DNA of 64,000 bases, taken from Nitrosopumilus sp. Its GTDB lineage: Archaea; Thermoproteota; Nitrososphaeria; Nitrososphaerales; Nitrosopumilaceae. The position numbers and the translations under genes are program-made. A model generated the notes under the pieces. It had not been told where the DNA came from. It was given only the letters and a program-made list of their open reading frames with translations, and made no database searches. The stretch covers positions 1,504,001-1,568,000 of the forward strand of contig OY759726.1 in assembly GCA_963662625.1 (NCBI GenBank), in the 5' to 3' direction. Below are positions 40,500 through 50,803 of the stretch, one piece after another. Position 1 is the first letter of the stretch, and each line of letters opens with the position of its first letter.

Positions 40500-40766
40500 T
40501 TACGCCCCGCGCCCGGCCGGCAGCGAGTAGTCCCTCAGCCGGTTGTAGTGGGTCCTCAGAAAGTCCATTATCCTCCTGTCCTCGTCCCTCCCGGCACTCG
40601 AGCCGTTCGCCAGTATGCTGAGGTACTTCAGGTCGGACTCCAGCCGGTGCAGCGACTGCTCGATGCCGTCCAGCCGCCCGGCCCCGATGCGCCGGTCGAG
40701 CTCCTCCTCCGCCCGCGCGATGTCGCTCTCCAGGTCGGCGATCTTCTGGCGGGTCCTGTCCTGCAT
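40500..40766 (-). CDS. Hypothetical coiled-coil protein
   Basis: MQDRTRQKIADLE...LESDLKYLSILANG with host-like codon usage. Confidence 0.7.
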   Translation of the reverse strand: MQDRTRQKIADLESDIARAEEELDRRIGAGRLDGIEQSLHRLESDLKYLSILANGSSAGRDEDRRIMDFLRTHYNRLRDYSLPAGRGA

Positions 40767-41064
40767 GGCTTGCGTCCCGCGCCGTCCAAGATAATCTTGT
40801 CCCGGGCGCCCCTTTACACCCGTTGAGGATCGGCCGGGTTTTCTGGACAACCCTGAGCCGGCAACCGACGCGCGTTCATGCGGCCACGTCCGGCATCCGC
40901 CGCCATGGCCCGCGCCGGCACCCTCCCGGGCCACCGCGCCTCGTGCAAGCCCGGCGGCTCCCCCCCCGGGTCCGCCCGCGCAGCCCGCGCACGCCGTCCC
41001 GACTTGCCGTAACGGCCAGAACCCGCCACGCCAACCAGCACTCTATGGCGCCACAGGGCCCACC

Positions 41065-41967
41065 ATGCCTGTGCTGCCCAAATACTGGCAACTCATGGTG
41101 CCGGTCTTGAGAATCTGCGCAAGCAGGCAAGAATGCCATCGACGCGAACTGCCGGGCATCCTCGCAGATCAATTCGGGCTGACAGACGAGGAACGCGGCC
41201 AGCTCAAACCCAGCGGAGGCCAGACATTGCTTGACAACAGGATCGGCTGGGCCGTATTCTACATGAAAAAGGCGGGCCTCGTGCGCAGCGAGAAGGGGGC
41301 CGTCTCCATAACCGACGAGGGTAGGAAGACGCTGGAAGAAAACCCGGAAGGCATTGACAGGAAATACCTGATGACAGTCCCCCGGTACCGGGAGTACCAC
41401 GACAGCATGACGGGTAGGCGGGGAAAGCGCGCGGACGACGAGGGTGCCGAGATTTCAGAACAGACGCCTGAGGACATGCTCCGGTCCGGCCACGGGATGA
41501 TCAGGCGAACCGTCGAAAGCGAACTGCTGGAGAAAATCAAGAAAAACACGCCCAGCTTCTTTGAGACGCTGGTGCTGGAATTGATCAGAAAGATGGGGTA
41601 CGGGATTGACCACAGGGTGCTGGGCAGAACCCGCGACGGCGGGATCGACGGGGTCATCCGGGAGGACAGGCTCGGCTTCAACGAGATTTACTTTCAGGCA
41701 AAAAGATGGGATTCCACCGTCCCGATTCACCAAGTAAGGGACTTCGCGGGGGCTTTGCTGAGCAAAAAGTCCAAGAAGGGGATATTCATCACGTCGTCTG
41801 ACTTCTCAAAGGACGCGTACGAGTTCGTGAAAACTATCGACTCGAAGATCATCCTAGTCAACGGGGACAAGCTTGCCGAGTACATGTATGAATGCGATCT
41901 GGGGGTCAGCGTGGAGGACGCCTTTGAGATAAAGAAGGTCGACGAGGATTACTTCTCAGACGGCTGA
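41065..41967 (+). CDS. mrr: Mrr-family (type IV) restriction endonuclease
   Basis: N-terminal NRIGWAVFYMKKAGL and C-terminal DGGIDG...YFQAKRW...KGIFITSSDF. Confidence 0.93.
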   Translation: MPVLPKYWQLMVPVLRICASRQECHRRELPGILADQFGLTDEERGQLKPSGGQTLLDNRIGWAVFYMKKAGLVRSEKGAVSITDEGRKTLEENPEGIDRKYLMTVPRYREYHDSMTGRRGKRADDEGAEISEQTPEDMLRSGHGMIRRTVESELLEKIKKNTPSFFETLVLELIRKMGYGIDHRVLGRTRDGGIDGVIREDRLGFNEIYFQAKRWDSTVPIHQVRDFAGALLSKKSKKGIFITSSDFSKDAYEFVKTIDSKIILVNGDKLAEYMYECDLGVSVEDAFEIKKVDEDYFSDG

Positions 41968-42094
41968 CGCAAAGCGGGACTGGCCATCTCCCCGGCGTTC
42001 GGGGCACGCGCCCGGCGCCAGCGCCCCCGGGCTCCGGCCGCCCGCCATCGGGCAGCGGGCCCGGAACGCGCGCCGGGGCCGCGGCGCGCGCGGA

Positions 42095-43087
42095 TCATCC
42101 CCCTTCGGTTAGGTACTTGTCCACGTCTATGGCCGCCATGCAGCCGTACCCCGCGGCGGTGACCGCCTGCCGGTACGTCCTGTCGTGGACGTCCCCGGCC
42201 GCGAACACGCCCTCCACGCTGGTCCTGCTGCCCCCCTTCAGGGAGACGTAGCCGTCGGCGTCGAGGTCTATCTGGTTCCTGAACAGGGCGGTGTTGGGCT
42301 CGTGGCCTATGGCGACGAACAGCCCGCCGACGTCCAGCGTCGCCTCCCGGCCCGTCTTGACGTTCCTGACGGTCGCCTGCCGCACCTTCTGGTCGCCACT
42401 GATCTCCGTCACCTCAGAGTCCCAGTGGAACCTCACCTTCTCGTTGCCAAACGCCCTCTCCTGCATCACCTTGCTGGCGCGCAGCTTGTCCCTCCTGTGC
42501 ACCAGGTGGACCGCGGAGGCGAACTTCGTGAGGAACGTCGCCTCCTCTATGGCCGAGTCGCCGCCGCCCACCACCACCAGCTCCTGGTTCCTGAAGAACG
42601 GCCCGTCGCAGGTGGCGCAGTACGACACGCCCTTCCCGCCGAACTCCCGCTCCCCGTCGAGCCCCAGCTTCCTCGGGTTCGCGCCGGTGGCGATGATCAC
42701 GGCCCTCCCCTCGTACTCCTCGGACGCGGTGAGGACCTTGAACGGCCTCATCCTAAAGTCCACGTTCACGGCCTCGTCGTCGACTATGGCGGCGCCCATC
42801 CTCTGGGTCTGCTTCCTCATCTCGGTCATCAGGTCCGGCCCCATGATCCCGGCCTGGAAGCCCGGGTAGTTCTCGACCTCCGTCGTGTTGACCAGCTGGC
42901 CGCCTGGCAGTATCCCGGAGATTATCGCCGTGTCGTAGCCGGCCCTGGAGCAGTATATCCCGGCCGTGTACCCGGCCGGCCCGGCGCCGATCACCACCAC
43001 GTCGAACCGGGTCTTCTTCTTCTCCGGCATCTTGGGGGGCTCCCCCTTCTCGTCCAGCGCCGACGCCGGCGGGCTAGCTGCCATCAT
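42095..43087 (-). CDS. trxB: Thioredoxin-disulfide reductase
   Basis: GAGPAG, CATCDG, GGGDSA and FAAGDV...YRQA. Confidence 0.96.
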   Translation of the reverse strand: MMAASPPASALDEKGEPPKMPEKKKTRFDVVVIGAGPAGYTAGIYCSRAGYDTAIISGILPGGQLVNTTEVENYPGFQAGIMGPDLMTEMRKQTQRMGAAIVDDEAVNVDFRMRPFKVLTASEEYEGRAVIIATGANPRKLGLDGEREFGGKGVSYCATCDGPFFRNQELVVVGGGDSAIEEATFLTKFASAVHLVHRRDKLRASKVMQERAFGNEKVRFHWDSEVTEISGDQKVRQATVRNVKTGREATLDVGGLFVAIGHEPNTALFRNQIDLDADGYVSLKGGSRTSVEGVFAAGDVHDRTYRQAVTAAGYGCMAAIDVDKYLTEGG

Positions 43088-43114
43088 CCCACGCGATCTC
43101 CGCCGTCCGAGCAT

Positions 43115-43888
43115 TTAAGTCATTGTCAGCTCCCCCAGCTTCGCCCGGTGCCTCGCGCACAGGGCCCCGATCTCGAGCTGGGAGCGCAGCAGGTCCCTCT
43201 GCCAGTGGGAGTTGTACAGCCGGCAGTCGGGGTCGCCGCAGAACGCCTCCTGCGTCTCGTAGTAGAACAGGGCCTGCATGACGTACCCCTGCACCACCCC
43301 GGCAAGCCTCGGGTCGCGGCGCTCCAGGAACTCCCCCCTGAACCTCTCCCTGATCGCCTCCGCGTCCGCGCCGGTCCTGGCGCGCGCGGCCATCCCCAGG
43401 TAGTACGCCCTGGGCTTCGCCGGCGCCTCCACGATCCCCGTGGTGGATATCACCGACGGGTTGGACCCGATGACGGCCCTCCCGTGGTACCTGCCGTCGG
43501 ACTCGTCGTAGGTGCACGTCATCTTTGCCGTGAACACCACGTGGAACACGTCCTGGCCCAGCTCGTCCCGCGGGACGGCGCCCCCCAGCGCGCCCTGCAG
43601 CTCGAACCCGTCGTAGTAGGCGCCGCCGCCGGCCCCGGGATCCGACGCGCAGAGCCTCTCGAACTCGACCTCCCCGGCAGACGGCTCGCGCCTCTCGAAC
43701 GGGGAGCCGAGCCTGGATATCCTGGACGCGGCGACCCGGCGCAGCACGCCCTCGCCGCACCCCCGCAGGATGGGGCCCCTCCTCTCGGCCGGCACCCCGA
43801 ACGTCTCCTCCACGAACGCCGCCGCGCCGTCGAGGCATATCTCCGGGACCGCGGGCTCGTCGTAAAGTATGACCCTGGACGTCTTCAA
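43115..43888 (-). CDS. Archaeal putative metallopeptidase-like protein (DUF6775-like)
   Basis: YDGFEL, TYDESDGRYHGR, GIVEAPAKP and FCxxxxCRLYNSHWQ. Confidence 0.7.
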   Translation of the reverse strand: MKTSRVILYDEPAVPEICLDGAAAFVEETFGVPAERRGPILRGCGEGVLRRVAASRISRLGSPFERREPSAGEVEFERLCASDPGAGGGAYYDGFELQGALGGAVPRDELGQDVFHVVFTAKMTCTYDESDGRYHGRAVIGSNPSVISTTGIVEAPAKPRAYYLGMAARARTGADAEAIRERFRGEFLERRDPRLAGVVQGYVMQALFYYETQEAFCGDPDCRLYNSHWQRDLLRSQLEIGALCARHRAKLGELTMT

Positions 43889-43911
43889 CGGCTGGCGTGC
43901 GGCGCCGCGGC

Positions 43912-44730
43912 TTATCTTTCTAGCTCTCTTACCTTCTCGGCCGCGATCTCCGCGGCCTTCTTGCCGGAGAACAGCATGGAGCCGAACGTCGGCCCCATCC
44001 TGGCCAGCCCGTGGGTCTCGGTGACCGACATGCCCGCGGCCACCAGGCCCGGGTACACCTCGCCCGTCTTCGACACCACGTGCTCCTCGCCCTCGTCGAC
44101 GTACATCGGGTTCATGCCCTTCCACTCCGCCAGGCCCCTGTCCACGAGCCTCTTGACCGCCACCGAGTCGTGCCCCGACGCGTCGATGACCACCTTGGAC
44201 TCGAACGCCACGGGGTCCACGCAGGTGATGTTCCTGGGCAGCGCCGACACCGGCATCCAGTTGACCACGATGCCCCTCACCCTGCCCCCCTTCAGGACCA
44301 GGTCGTCGAACTTCGTCAGGTTGAGGAACTTCACCCCGGCGTCGCAGGCCCCGGCGATGAGCTTCGAGACCGCGTGCGGGCCGGGGGTGAGGTACAGCCC
44401 CTCGCCGGCCTTCTTGTACGGCACGCCGAGCTCGTCCCAGATCTTCTGCGCCGGGTCCCTCACCGTCACCGGGTTCATCATGTACCCGCCGAGCCAGTAG
44501 CCTCCGCCGAGGTAGTTGTTCTGCTCGATCACGAGCACCTTGAAGCCCATGTTGGAGAGCTCCCTGCTCGCGGTCAGGCCGGCGGGGCCCGCCCCGATGA
44601 TTATCACGTCGGACTCGGCCCTGTCCATGAGGACGGCGTGGAACTCGTCGGCTATCGCGCGGGTTATCTCCACCTCGCGGACGTCGGCGAACAGCTTTGC
44701 AGGCTTTTCGGCGACGGCTGCCTCTTGCAT
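43912..44730 (-). CDS. thi4: Thi4-family thiazole synthase
   Basis: GAGPAGL, GGGYWLGG, CVDP, DASGHD and RMGPTFGSM. Confidence 0.93.
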   Translation of the reverse strand: MQEAAVAEKPAKLFADVREVEITRAIADEFHAVLMDRAESDVIIIGAGPAGLTASRELSNMGFKVLVIEQNNYLGGGYWLGGYMMNPVTVRDPAQKIWDELGVPYKKAGEGLYLTPGPHAVSKLIAGACDAGVKFLNLTKFDDLVLKGGRVRGIVVNWMPVSALPRNITCVDPVAFESKVVIDASGHDSVAVKRLVDRGLAEWKGMNPMYVDEGEEHVVSKTGEVYPGLVAAGMSVTETHGLARMGPTFGSMLFSGKKAAEIAAEKVRELER

Positions 44731-44773
44731 GCGTGCCAAGGGCCGCCGAGCCCATTAATACTTTGTCACAAGG

Positions 44774-44816
44774 CGCGGGGGCCGGGGTTAGGATCCCCTA
44801 ACCCGCCGGCCCCGCG
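44774..44816. promoter_or_regulatory. Inverted repeat (core GGGTTAGG-ATCC-CCTAACCC) between the divergent thi4 and sir promoters
   Basis: Perfect 8-bp arms at 44785-44792 and 44797-44804 with an imperfect GC extension. AT-rich TATA-like boxes flank it near 44755 and 44822. Confidence 0.55.
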
Positions 44817-44855
44817 TGAAAAATTTATAACCAAAATCACGCCCCTTTCATTGTA

Positions 44856-46664
44856 TTGACCGTCCCCGATCTCGGGCAGTCCCGCCCCGACCCCGCCATG
44901 CCGAAGACCGACTGGTCCCGGGCCGAGGAGGCCGACAACTTTGCCCGCACCGTGAAGATGTTCCGCCAGGGCGGGTACGACGAGGACAGCTTCCGCAGGT
45001 TCAGGCTGCAGCACGGCGCGTACGGCACCAGGATGACCGGCGACTACGCCATGGTGCGGATAAAGCTTCCCGCCGGCGAGGTGTACCCGCACCAGCTGGA
45101 GAAGATCGCCCAGCTCAGCGAGCAGTTCTCGATAGGCAGCGCCCACGTCTCGACGCGCGAGAACGTCCAGCTGCACTGGGTGGTGCTCGAGGACGTCTCG
45201 GAGGTGTTCCGCGGCCTGGCCGAGGTCGGGCTCACGTCCAGGGAGGCGTGCGGGAACTCCGTGCGCAACGTGATGTGCAGCCCGCTGTCCGGCGTGTGCC
45301 GCGCCGAGGCGTTCGACTCCACGCCCTACGCGCTCGCCACCGCCAGGTTCTTCCTGAGGAACCCGATGGCGCAGAACCTGCCCCGGAAGTTCAAGTTCAA
45401 CTTCACGTGCTGCGAGGAGCACGGCATGGCCAGGATGACCGACGTCGGACTGGTCCCCCACGTCGAGGGCGACGGCGGCGCCGCCCGGAGGGGGTTCAGG
45501 GTGTTCCTCGGCGGGGGGCTCGGGAACAAGTCCTTCGTGGGCCACCAGCTGGAGGACTTTACCAGCGAGGACGACCTGCTGCACACGTCGATCGCCGTGC
45601 TGAGGATATTCGACAGGCTGGGCGACAGGAAGAACATGGCGCGCAACAGGATGCGGTACCTCGTCCACGACATGGGGTGGGACAAGTTCCGGAACCTCGT
45701 GCTCAAGGAGCGGGCCATAGTCAGGGCGACGCAGTCGGTGGTGACGCGGCTGTCCGTGGACCTGGAGCCGGCCGCGATAAGGAGGCCGGTCCGGGTGTCG
45801 GACGGGGGGCCGGCGGCCGCCCCCGACGGCTACGCCAGGTGGCTGCGGTCCAACACCGTCGAGCAGAGGCAGCCGGGCTACCGCTCGGCGTTCGTGGCGC
45901 TGGAGGCCGGCGACGTCACGGCGAGCCAGCTGGTGGCGCTCGCGGGGGCGGTGAGGGACTATTCCCACGAGGGCCGCGCCCGCACGGGCTTCAACCAGAA
46001 CATCGCGCTGCGCCACGTCCACGAGGACGACCTGCCGGGCCTGTACTCGGCGCTGCTGCGGGCCGGCCTGGCAAAGTCCGGCGCGCTGACGATGTCCTCG
46101 CCGATAGGCTGCTCGGGCACCACCTCGTGCAACCTGGCGCTGACCAACTCGCACCGGCTGGCGAAGGAAATCCAGCGCAAGTTCCTGGAGCTGAAGCTCG
46201 ACGAGGACGGCGACCTGGACGGCTCCTCCATAAAGATAAGCGGGTGCCCCAACTCGTGCGGCCAGCACGGGATCGCCACGATCGGGTTCTTCGGCGGCGG
46301 CGCCAGGATGGGCAAGGACATGTACCCCAACTACCAGATGTCGCTCGGCGGGCGCTCCGACGGCGGCACGATGCTGGGCGTCACGTGCATGCGCGTGCCG
46401 GCAAAGAGGGTGATACCCGTGATACTGAAGATCATCGAGACGTTCAGGCAGAACAGGGGGGAGGGCGACACGCTCAGGGACTGGATCCACAGGGTCGTCA
46501 CGGGCCACGAGGGCCCGCCGGTGGCGTCGGTGGCCGACCTCAAGGGGATCCTGGCGCCGCTCGCCGCCCCGCCGGCGATCGACGAGGATCCCGACTTTTA
46601 CGCCGACTACGGCGCCGACACCAGCTACCACACGAAGACCGGAAAGGGCGAATGCGCGGCTTGA
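44856..46664 (+). CDS. sir: Ferredoxin-dependent sulfite/nitrite reductase (siroheme)
   Basis: STRENVQLH, NLPRKFK, CSGTTSC and SGCPNSCGQH. Confidence 0.92.
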   Translation: MTVPDLGQSRPDPAMPKTDWSRAEEADNFARTVKMFRQGGYDEDSFRRFRLQHGAYGTRMTGDYAMVRIKLPAGEVYPHQLEKIAQLSEQFSIGSAHVSTRENVQLHWVVLEDVSEVFRGLAEVGLTSREACGNSVRNVMCSPLSGVCRAEAFDSTPYALATARFFLRNPMAQNLPRKFKFNFTCCEEHGMARMTDVGLVPHVEGDGGAARRGFRVFLGGGLGNKSFVGHQLEDFTSEDDLLHTSIAVLRIFDRLGDRKNMARNRMRYLVHDMGWDKFRNLVLKERAIVRATQSVVTRLSVDLEPAAIRRPVRVSDGGPAAAPDGYARWLRSNTVEQRQPGYRSAFVALEAGDVTASQLVALAGAVRDYSHEGRARTGFNQNIALRHVHEDDLPGLYSALLRAGLAKSGALTMSSPIGCSGTTSCNLALTNSHRLAKEIQRKFLELKLDEDGDLDGSSIKISGCPNSCGQHGIATIGFFGGGARMGKDMYPNYQMSLGGRSDGGTMLGVTCMRVPAKRVIPVILKIIETFRQNRGEGDTLRDWIHRVVTGHEGPPVASVADLKGILAPLAAPPAIDEDPDFYADYGADTSYHTKTGKGECAA

Positions 46665-46672
46665 GCCGGGGA

Positions 46673-47464
46673 ATGACAGCCAAGCCCACCGCGGACGTCG
46701 ACTCCGTGCGCTCCGCCGCGCGGGACGGGAGCGTGCGGGTGGTGGACGTCAGGAGGGAGGATGACTACCGGCGCGGCCACATCCCCACCGCGGTGAACCT
46801 GCCGCTCGCGTCGCTGCTCGCCGACGACAGCACCGACAGCGTCCTGGGGATGGTCAACTCGGCGGGGATCGGCGACGAGACCCCGGTGGTGGTGTACGAC
46901 GACACCTTCGGCGCGCTGGCGTCCAGGATGGCGTGGACGCTGGAGTACCTGGGGCACTCCGACGTCTCCCTGCTGGAGACCACGTACGGCCAGTGGAAGT
47001 CGCTCGGGCTGGAGAGCGACGACGCCGTCCCCGAAGTCAGGGAGGAGCGCCACTCCGTCAGCCTGCGGCCGGGCATACTGGCCACGCACGAGTACCTCGA
47101 CTCGGCGAGGGCCCGGGACGGCGTCGTGCTGCTGGACAACAGGGAGAGGCTGAACTACCTCGAGCAGCACATACCCGGGGCGGTCAGCCTGCCGTACCGG
47201 ACCCTGGCGTCGGCGGGCAGGGTGCTGCGCCCGCGGGCCGACATGAGGCGGCTGCTCGAGAACCGCGGGATAGGGCCGGGCTCCGAGGTGATCACCTACT
47301 GCGGCAGCGTCGGCACCCTGTCGGGGCTGGCGTACTACGCGCTGCGGCAGGCGGGGCTGCGCGACGTGAGGCTCTACGTGAGGTCCTTCAGGGAGTGGAA
47401 GGGCCTGGCAAAGCCCACGGCGAGGCAGGAGGACGCCAGCTACTGGGACCTGTCGGCCGAGTAG
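46673..47464 (+). CDS. Two-domain rhodanese / thiosulfate sulfurtransferase
   Basis: GHIPTAVN, HIPGAVS and ITYCGSVG. Confidence 0.9.
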   Translation: MTAKPTADVDSVRSAARDGSVRVVDVRREDDYRRGHIPTAVNLPLASLLADDSTDSVLGMVNSAGIGDETPVVVYDDTFGALASRMAWTLEYLGHSDVSLLETTYGQWKSLGLESDDAVPEVREERHSVSLRPGILATHEYLDSARARDGVVLLDNRERLNYLEQHIPGAVSLPYRTLASAGRVLRPRADMRRLLENRGIGPGSEVITYCGSVGTLSGLAYYALRQAGLRDVRLYVRSFREWKGLAKPTARQEDASYWDLSAE

Positions 47465-48580
47465 CTAGGATATCTGGCTGCGGAGCTTCTTCGTGATCGT
47501 CGCCTCCACGTCGTCGAAGAGGCCCAGCATCTTCTCCTTGTTCTCGACCAGGTAGTCCCTGCCGCGGTCCTTCAGCCTGATCTTCCACAGCCTGATCTCC
47601 CTGTGCTCGTCGAAGAACTGCTCGATCATCTGCTCGCCGGACCTCTTGGGCTCGATGAACTCGTCGAAGACCTCGATCGTCTTGTCCACGTCCTCCTCGG
47701 AGATGGCCTCCTTGACGGACTGGATCGCGTGGCTTATCTCCTTGAGGTTCTTGACGGGGGCCGGCAGCCTCTTCCGGGTGATCCCGAACAGGCCCTTCTT
47801 CTCCTTGCCGATCTTCTCGGCCACGTCGGGGGCCAGGTCGTACACGGGGATCTTGCTCAGGCCGTCGCGCTTCTCGTTCTTCACGATCAGCCCCTTCTCG
47901 AGCAGCTTGTTCAGGGACCTGTCCACGTCTGCCTTGTCCAGGAACGTGGTCCACACTATCGAGCCGATGCTGTGGTAGCCCTGCCTGACGGACTCCAGCA
48001 CGACCACCTCCACTATCCTCTTGAAGCCCTCCTCGATCCTCACGTTTACAAAGTCCTTGTCCCTGATCGACTTCCTCGCGTTCTTCACGTCGATCTCTAT
48101 GGAGCGCTTGAGCGCCTCGAGGGCCTCGGGCACCTGGTTGAGCAGCGACAGGTAGCAGGCCTTGTTGTACCACGCCATCCCGTAGGTCGGGTCCGACTCT
48201 ATGGCCTTCTCCACTGCGTTGAGCGCCTTGGAGTGGTTCTTCTGCTCGTAGTGGACCAGGCCCTTGAGGTTCCAGGCCTCCGGGTTGGTCACGTCGATGT
48301 CGAGTATCCTGTCGTACACCTTCAGCGCGTCGTTGTGCTCGTCCAGGTGGAACCTCGCGTACCCCAGCTTCATCAGGGTCTCCACGCTGTCCGGGTCTAT
48401 CCTCAGGGCCTGCTCGAAGACGGCCACCGCCTCCTCGAGCTTCTCGTCGGCCATGAGGTTGATGCCCTTCTTGAACAGCTTCTTGCGGTTATAGTCCGAG
48501 TCGACCAGGGACCGCTCTTCCTTCCCCCCCGCGGGCTCGGCCCCGGGTTCCTTTGGTTTTCTCTGAAACGGCTTCCTCAC
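47465..48580 (-). CDS. Tetratricopeptide repeat protein
   Basis: Repeated A..F..AL.IDP, AWNLKG and AWYNKA units. Confidence 0.88.
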   Translation of the reverse strand: MRKPFQRKPKEPGAEPAGGKEERSLVDSDYNRKKLFKKGINLMADEKLEEAVAVFEQALRIDPDSVETLMKLGYARFHLDEHNDALKVYDRILDIDVTNPEAWNLKGLVHYEQKNHSKALNAVEKAIESDPTYGMAWYNKACYLSLLNQVPEALEALKRSIEIDVKNARKSIRDKDFVNVRIEEGFKRIVEVVVLESVRQGYHSIGSIVWTTFLDKADVDRSLNKLLEKGLIVKNEKRDGLSKIPVYDLAPDVAEKIGKEKKGLFGITRKRLPAPVKNLKEISHAIQSVKEAISEEDVDKTIEVFDEFIEPKRSGEQMIEQFFDEHREIRLWKIRLKDRGRDYLVENKEKMLGLFDDVEATITKKLRSQIS

Positions 48581-48729
48581 TAGGTAAAAGCTGACGATTT
48601 ATCTAGATAAATACTATCCCCAACGGGTGCCTGCTGCCCGGGAGGCGGCCGCGCCTGCCCGGGGAGGGGCGGGGCGCCGGGACGGGGGGCGATCTGTTGA
48701 AAATACAGAAATACCTGAAATTTGCATAC

Positions 48730-50790
48730 ATGCTTATGTCCTCGCCACAGCTGCGCGTCAGGGGGCCGGCCCCGTCCAGAAAGTCCGGCGTATACGAGGT
48801 GGAGATCGCCCTTGCGGGCTCCAGGCCGTCAGACGGCGCCATAAAAGCCAAGGGCTTCCGGCCCCTGTGGAAGGGTTCGTTCCACCTGCGCGTGAGCGAC
48901 GGGACGTTCTCCGAGGTCCTCGGGTCAGGCGACAACCCGATCCCGCCTTCCGTCGGGCAGGCGCCGGAGGTCTGGGTGGTGGTGTCAGACGTCCTTTCCC
49001 CGGCATATTCCGTTTTCAGCGCGCCGACGGGCGCCAAGCCAAAGCCCGGGCCTGCAGGCGGGCAGGATGGGCGGGATCGGCCCCCCGCCGCGGAGGTGCG
49101 CCCGCCGGAGCAGGAACGGCCGGCACCGCCGCCCCCCGCCGCGGAGGTGCGCCCGCCGGAGCAGGAACGGCCGGCACCGCCGCCCCCCGCCGCGGAGGTG
49201 CGCCCGCCGGAGCAGGAACGGCCGGCACCGCCGCCCCCCGCCGCGGAGGCGCGCCCGCCGGAGCAGGAACGGCCGGCACCGCCGCCCCCCGCCGCGGAGG
49301 CGCGCCCGCCGGCGGAAGAGCAGGCGCCTGCCCCCAAGCGCGCCCAGGAAGGCGCCGGCGAGGGGCCGCCGAGGCGGCAGTCCGGGCGCGCCACAAAGGC
49401 AGTCTCAGACGGTGCCGCGCGCCAGGGCGAGAAGGGCCTGGCAGGAGAACAGGGCCCGCCGGGCGACCGCGGCCCCACGGGCCAGCCCGGACTGCAGGGC
49501 GCGCCGGGCCCCAAGGGCTCCCCCGGCCCGCAGGGGCCGCCGGGCGACCGCGGCCCCGCGGGCCACCCGGGAATGCAGGGCCAGCAGGGCCCCAAGGGCC
49601 AGCCTGGAGAGCAGGGCCCTCCCGGGGACCGGGGATCGGTGGGGGAGCGCGGGCCGTCCGGCGACAAGGGAGCCCCGGGCCCCACCGGGATTACCGGCGA
49701 CAAGGGGGACAAGGGGGACAAGGGCCTGACCGGCCCGCCCGGAGACAAGGGGGACAAGGGACTCCACGGCGCGCCCGGAGACAAGGGGGACAAGGGGATC
49801 ACCGGCCCCCCGGGAGAGAAGGGCCAGCAGGGCCCGAGGGGCCCGCCCGGCGACAAGGGGATGACGGGCGCCCCGGGAGACAAGGGCCCGGCCGGCGACC
49901 GGGGGCCGGCGGGGGAGAAGGGCCCCACGGGACATGCCGGAGTCCAGGGCGAGAAGGGCATATCGGGCAAGCCCGGCCCGCAGGGCGAGAAGGGCAACCA
50001 GGGCCCCCCCGGCGACAAGGGCCACGCGGGCATGCAGGGCCCCCCCGGCGACAAGGGGCCGGCGGGAGCCAAGGGCCCCCCCGGCGACAAGGGAATGCGC
50101 GGCCCGCAGGGCCAGGTCGGTGAAAAGGGATCCAAGGGCCAGGAGGGCCCGGTGGGAGAGAAGGGCCCGCAGGGACTGCAGGGGCCCGCCGGCGAGAAGG
50201 GCCTGACCGGGGTACCCGGCCCGCAGGGCGAGAAGGGCCCGCAGGGGTCGCAGGGGCCCGCCGGCGAGAAGGGCCTGACCGGGGTGCCCGGCCCGCAGGG
50301 CGAGAAGGGCCCGCAGGGGTCGCAGGGGCCCGCCGGCGAGAAGGGCCTGACCGGGGTCCCGGGACCTTCCGGCGGGAAGGGCGAGACGGGGCCGGTGGGC
50401 CCGCCAGGAAGCAAGGGCCCCGCAGGCCAGGTCGGGCCCGCGGGGGACAAGGGGCCCAAGGGCCCGGCCGGCCCGCAGGGCGAGCGGGGCCCGGCCGGCC
50501 CGGCAGGAGAGAAGGGCCCGCAGGGCCCGCAGGGGATCCAGGGCCCGCAGGGCGAGCGCGGCCCGGTGGGCCCGGCCGGCCCCGCGGGGGAGCAGGGCCT
50601 GCAGGGAAACCAGGGCCCGGTGGGCCCGGCGGGGCCCAGGGGGCCGCCCGGGCCGCCCGGCGAGAAGGGCGCGGGCGGGGGGATGCCCGCGGAGCAGAAG
50701 GCGCTGCTCAAGGACCTGCTGGAGATTCTCACCGACAAGAACGTCATCACGACGGAGGAGCAGATCAAGCTCATGAGCAACCTGTACTAG
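48730..50790 (+). CDS. Collagen-like (Gly-X-Y) protein with a Pro-rich repeat linker
   Basis: Continuous G-X-Y run from about 49425 to 50670 with globular N- and C-termini. Confidence 0.92.
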   Translation: MLMSSPQLRVRGPAPSRKSGVYEVEIALAGSRPSDGAIKAKGFRPLWKGSFHLRVSDGTFSEVLGSGDNPIPPSVGQAPEVWVVVSDVLSPAYSVFSAPTGAKPKPGPAGGQDGRDRPPAAEVRPPEQERPAPPPPAAEVRPPEQERPAPPPPAAEVRPPEQERPAPPPPAAEARPPEQERPAPPPPAAEARPPAEEQAPAPKRAQEGAGEGPPRRQSGRATKAVSDGAARQGEKGLAGEQGPPGDRGPTGQPGLQGAPGPKGSPGPQGPPGDRGPAGHPGMQGQQGPKGQPGEQGPPGDRGSVGERGPSGDKGAPGPTGITGDKGDKGDKGLTGPPGDKGDKGLHGAPGDKGDKGITGPPGEKGQQGPRGPPGDKGMTGAPGDKGPAGDRGPAGEKGPTGHAGVQGEKGISGKPGPQGEKGNQGPPGDKGHAGMQGPPGDKGPAGAKGPPGDKGMRGPQGQVGEKGSKGQEGPVGEKGPQGLQGPAGEKGLTGVPGPQGEKGPQGSQGPAGEKGLTGVPGPQGEKGPQGSQGPAGEKGLTGVPGPSGGKGETGPVGPPGSKGPAGQVGPAGDKGPKGPAGPQGERGPAGPAGEKGPQGPQGIQGPQGERGPVGPAGPAGEQGLQGNQGPVGPAGPRGPPGPPGEKGAGGGMPAEQKALLKDLLEILTDKNVITTEEQIKLMSNLY
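49081..49311 (+). repeat. 51-bp tandem repeat, about 4.5 copies ([17 protein letters not shown])
   Basis: Copies start at 49081, 49132, 49183, 49234 and 49285. Confidence 0.92.
50181..50360 (+). repeat. 72-bp tandem repeat, about 2.5 copies, within the collagen domain
   Basis: GGGGCCCGCCGGCGAGAAGGGCCTGACCGGGGT at 50181, 50253 and 50325. Confidence 0.88.
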
Positions 50791-50803
50791 GAGGGCATGC
50801 GGG

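Noticed and set aside
49081-49311. CRISPR-like or non-coding repeat
   Set aside because: The units are contiguous 51-bp in-frame coding repeats with no unique spacers.
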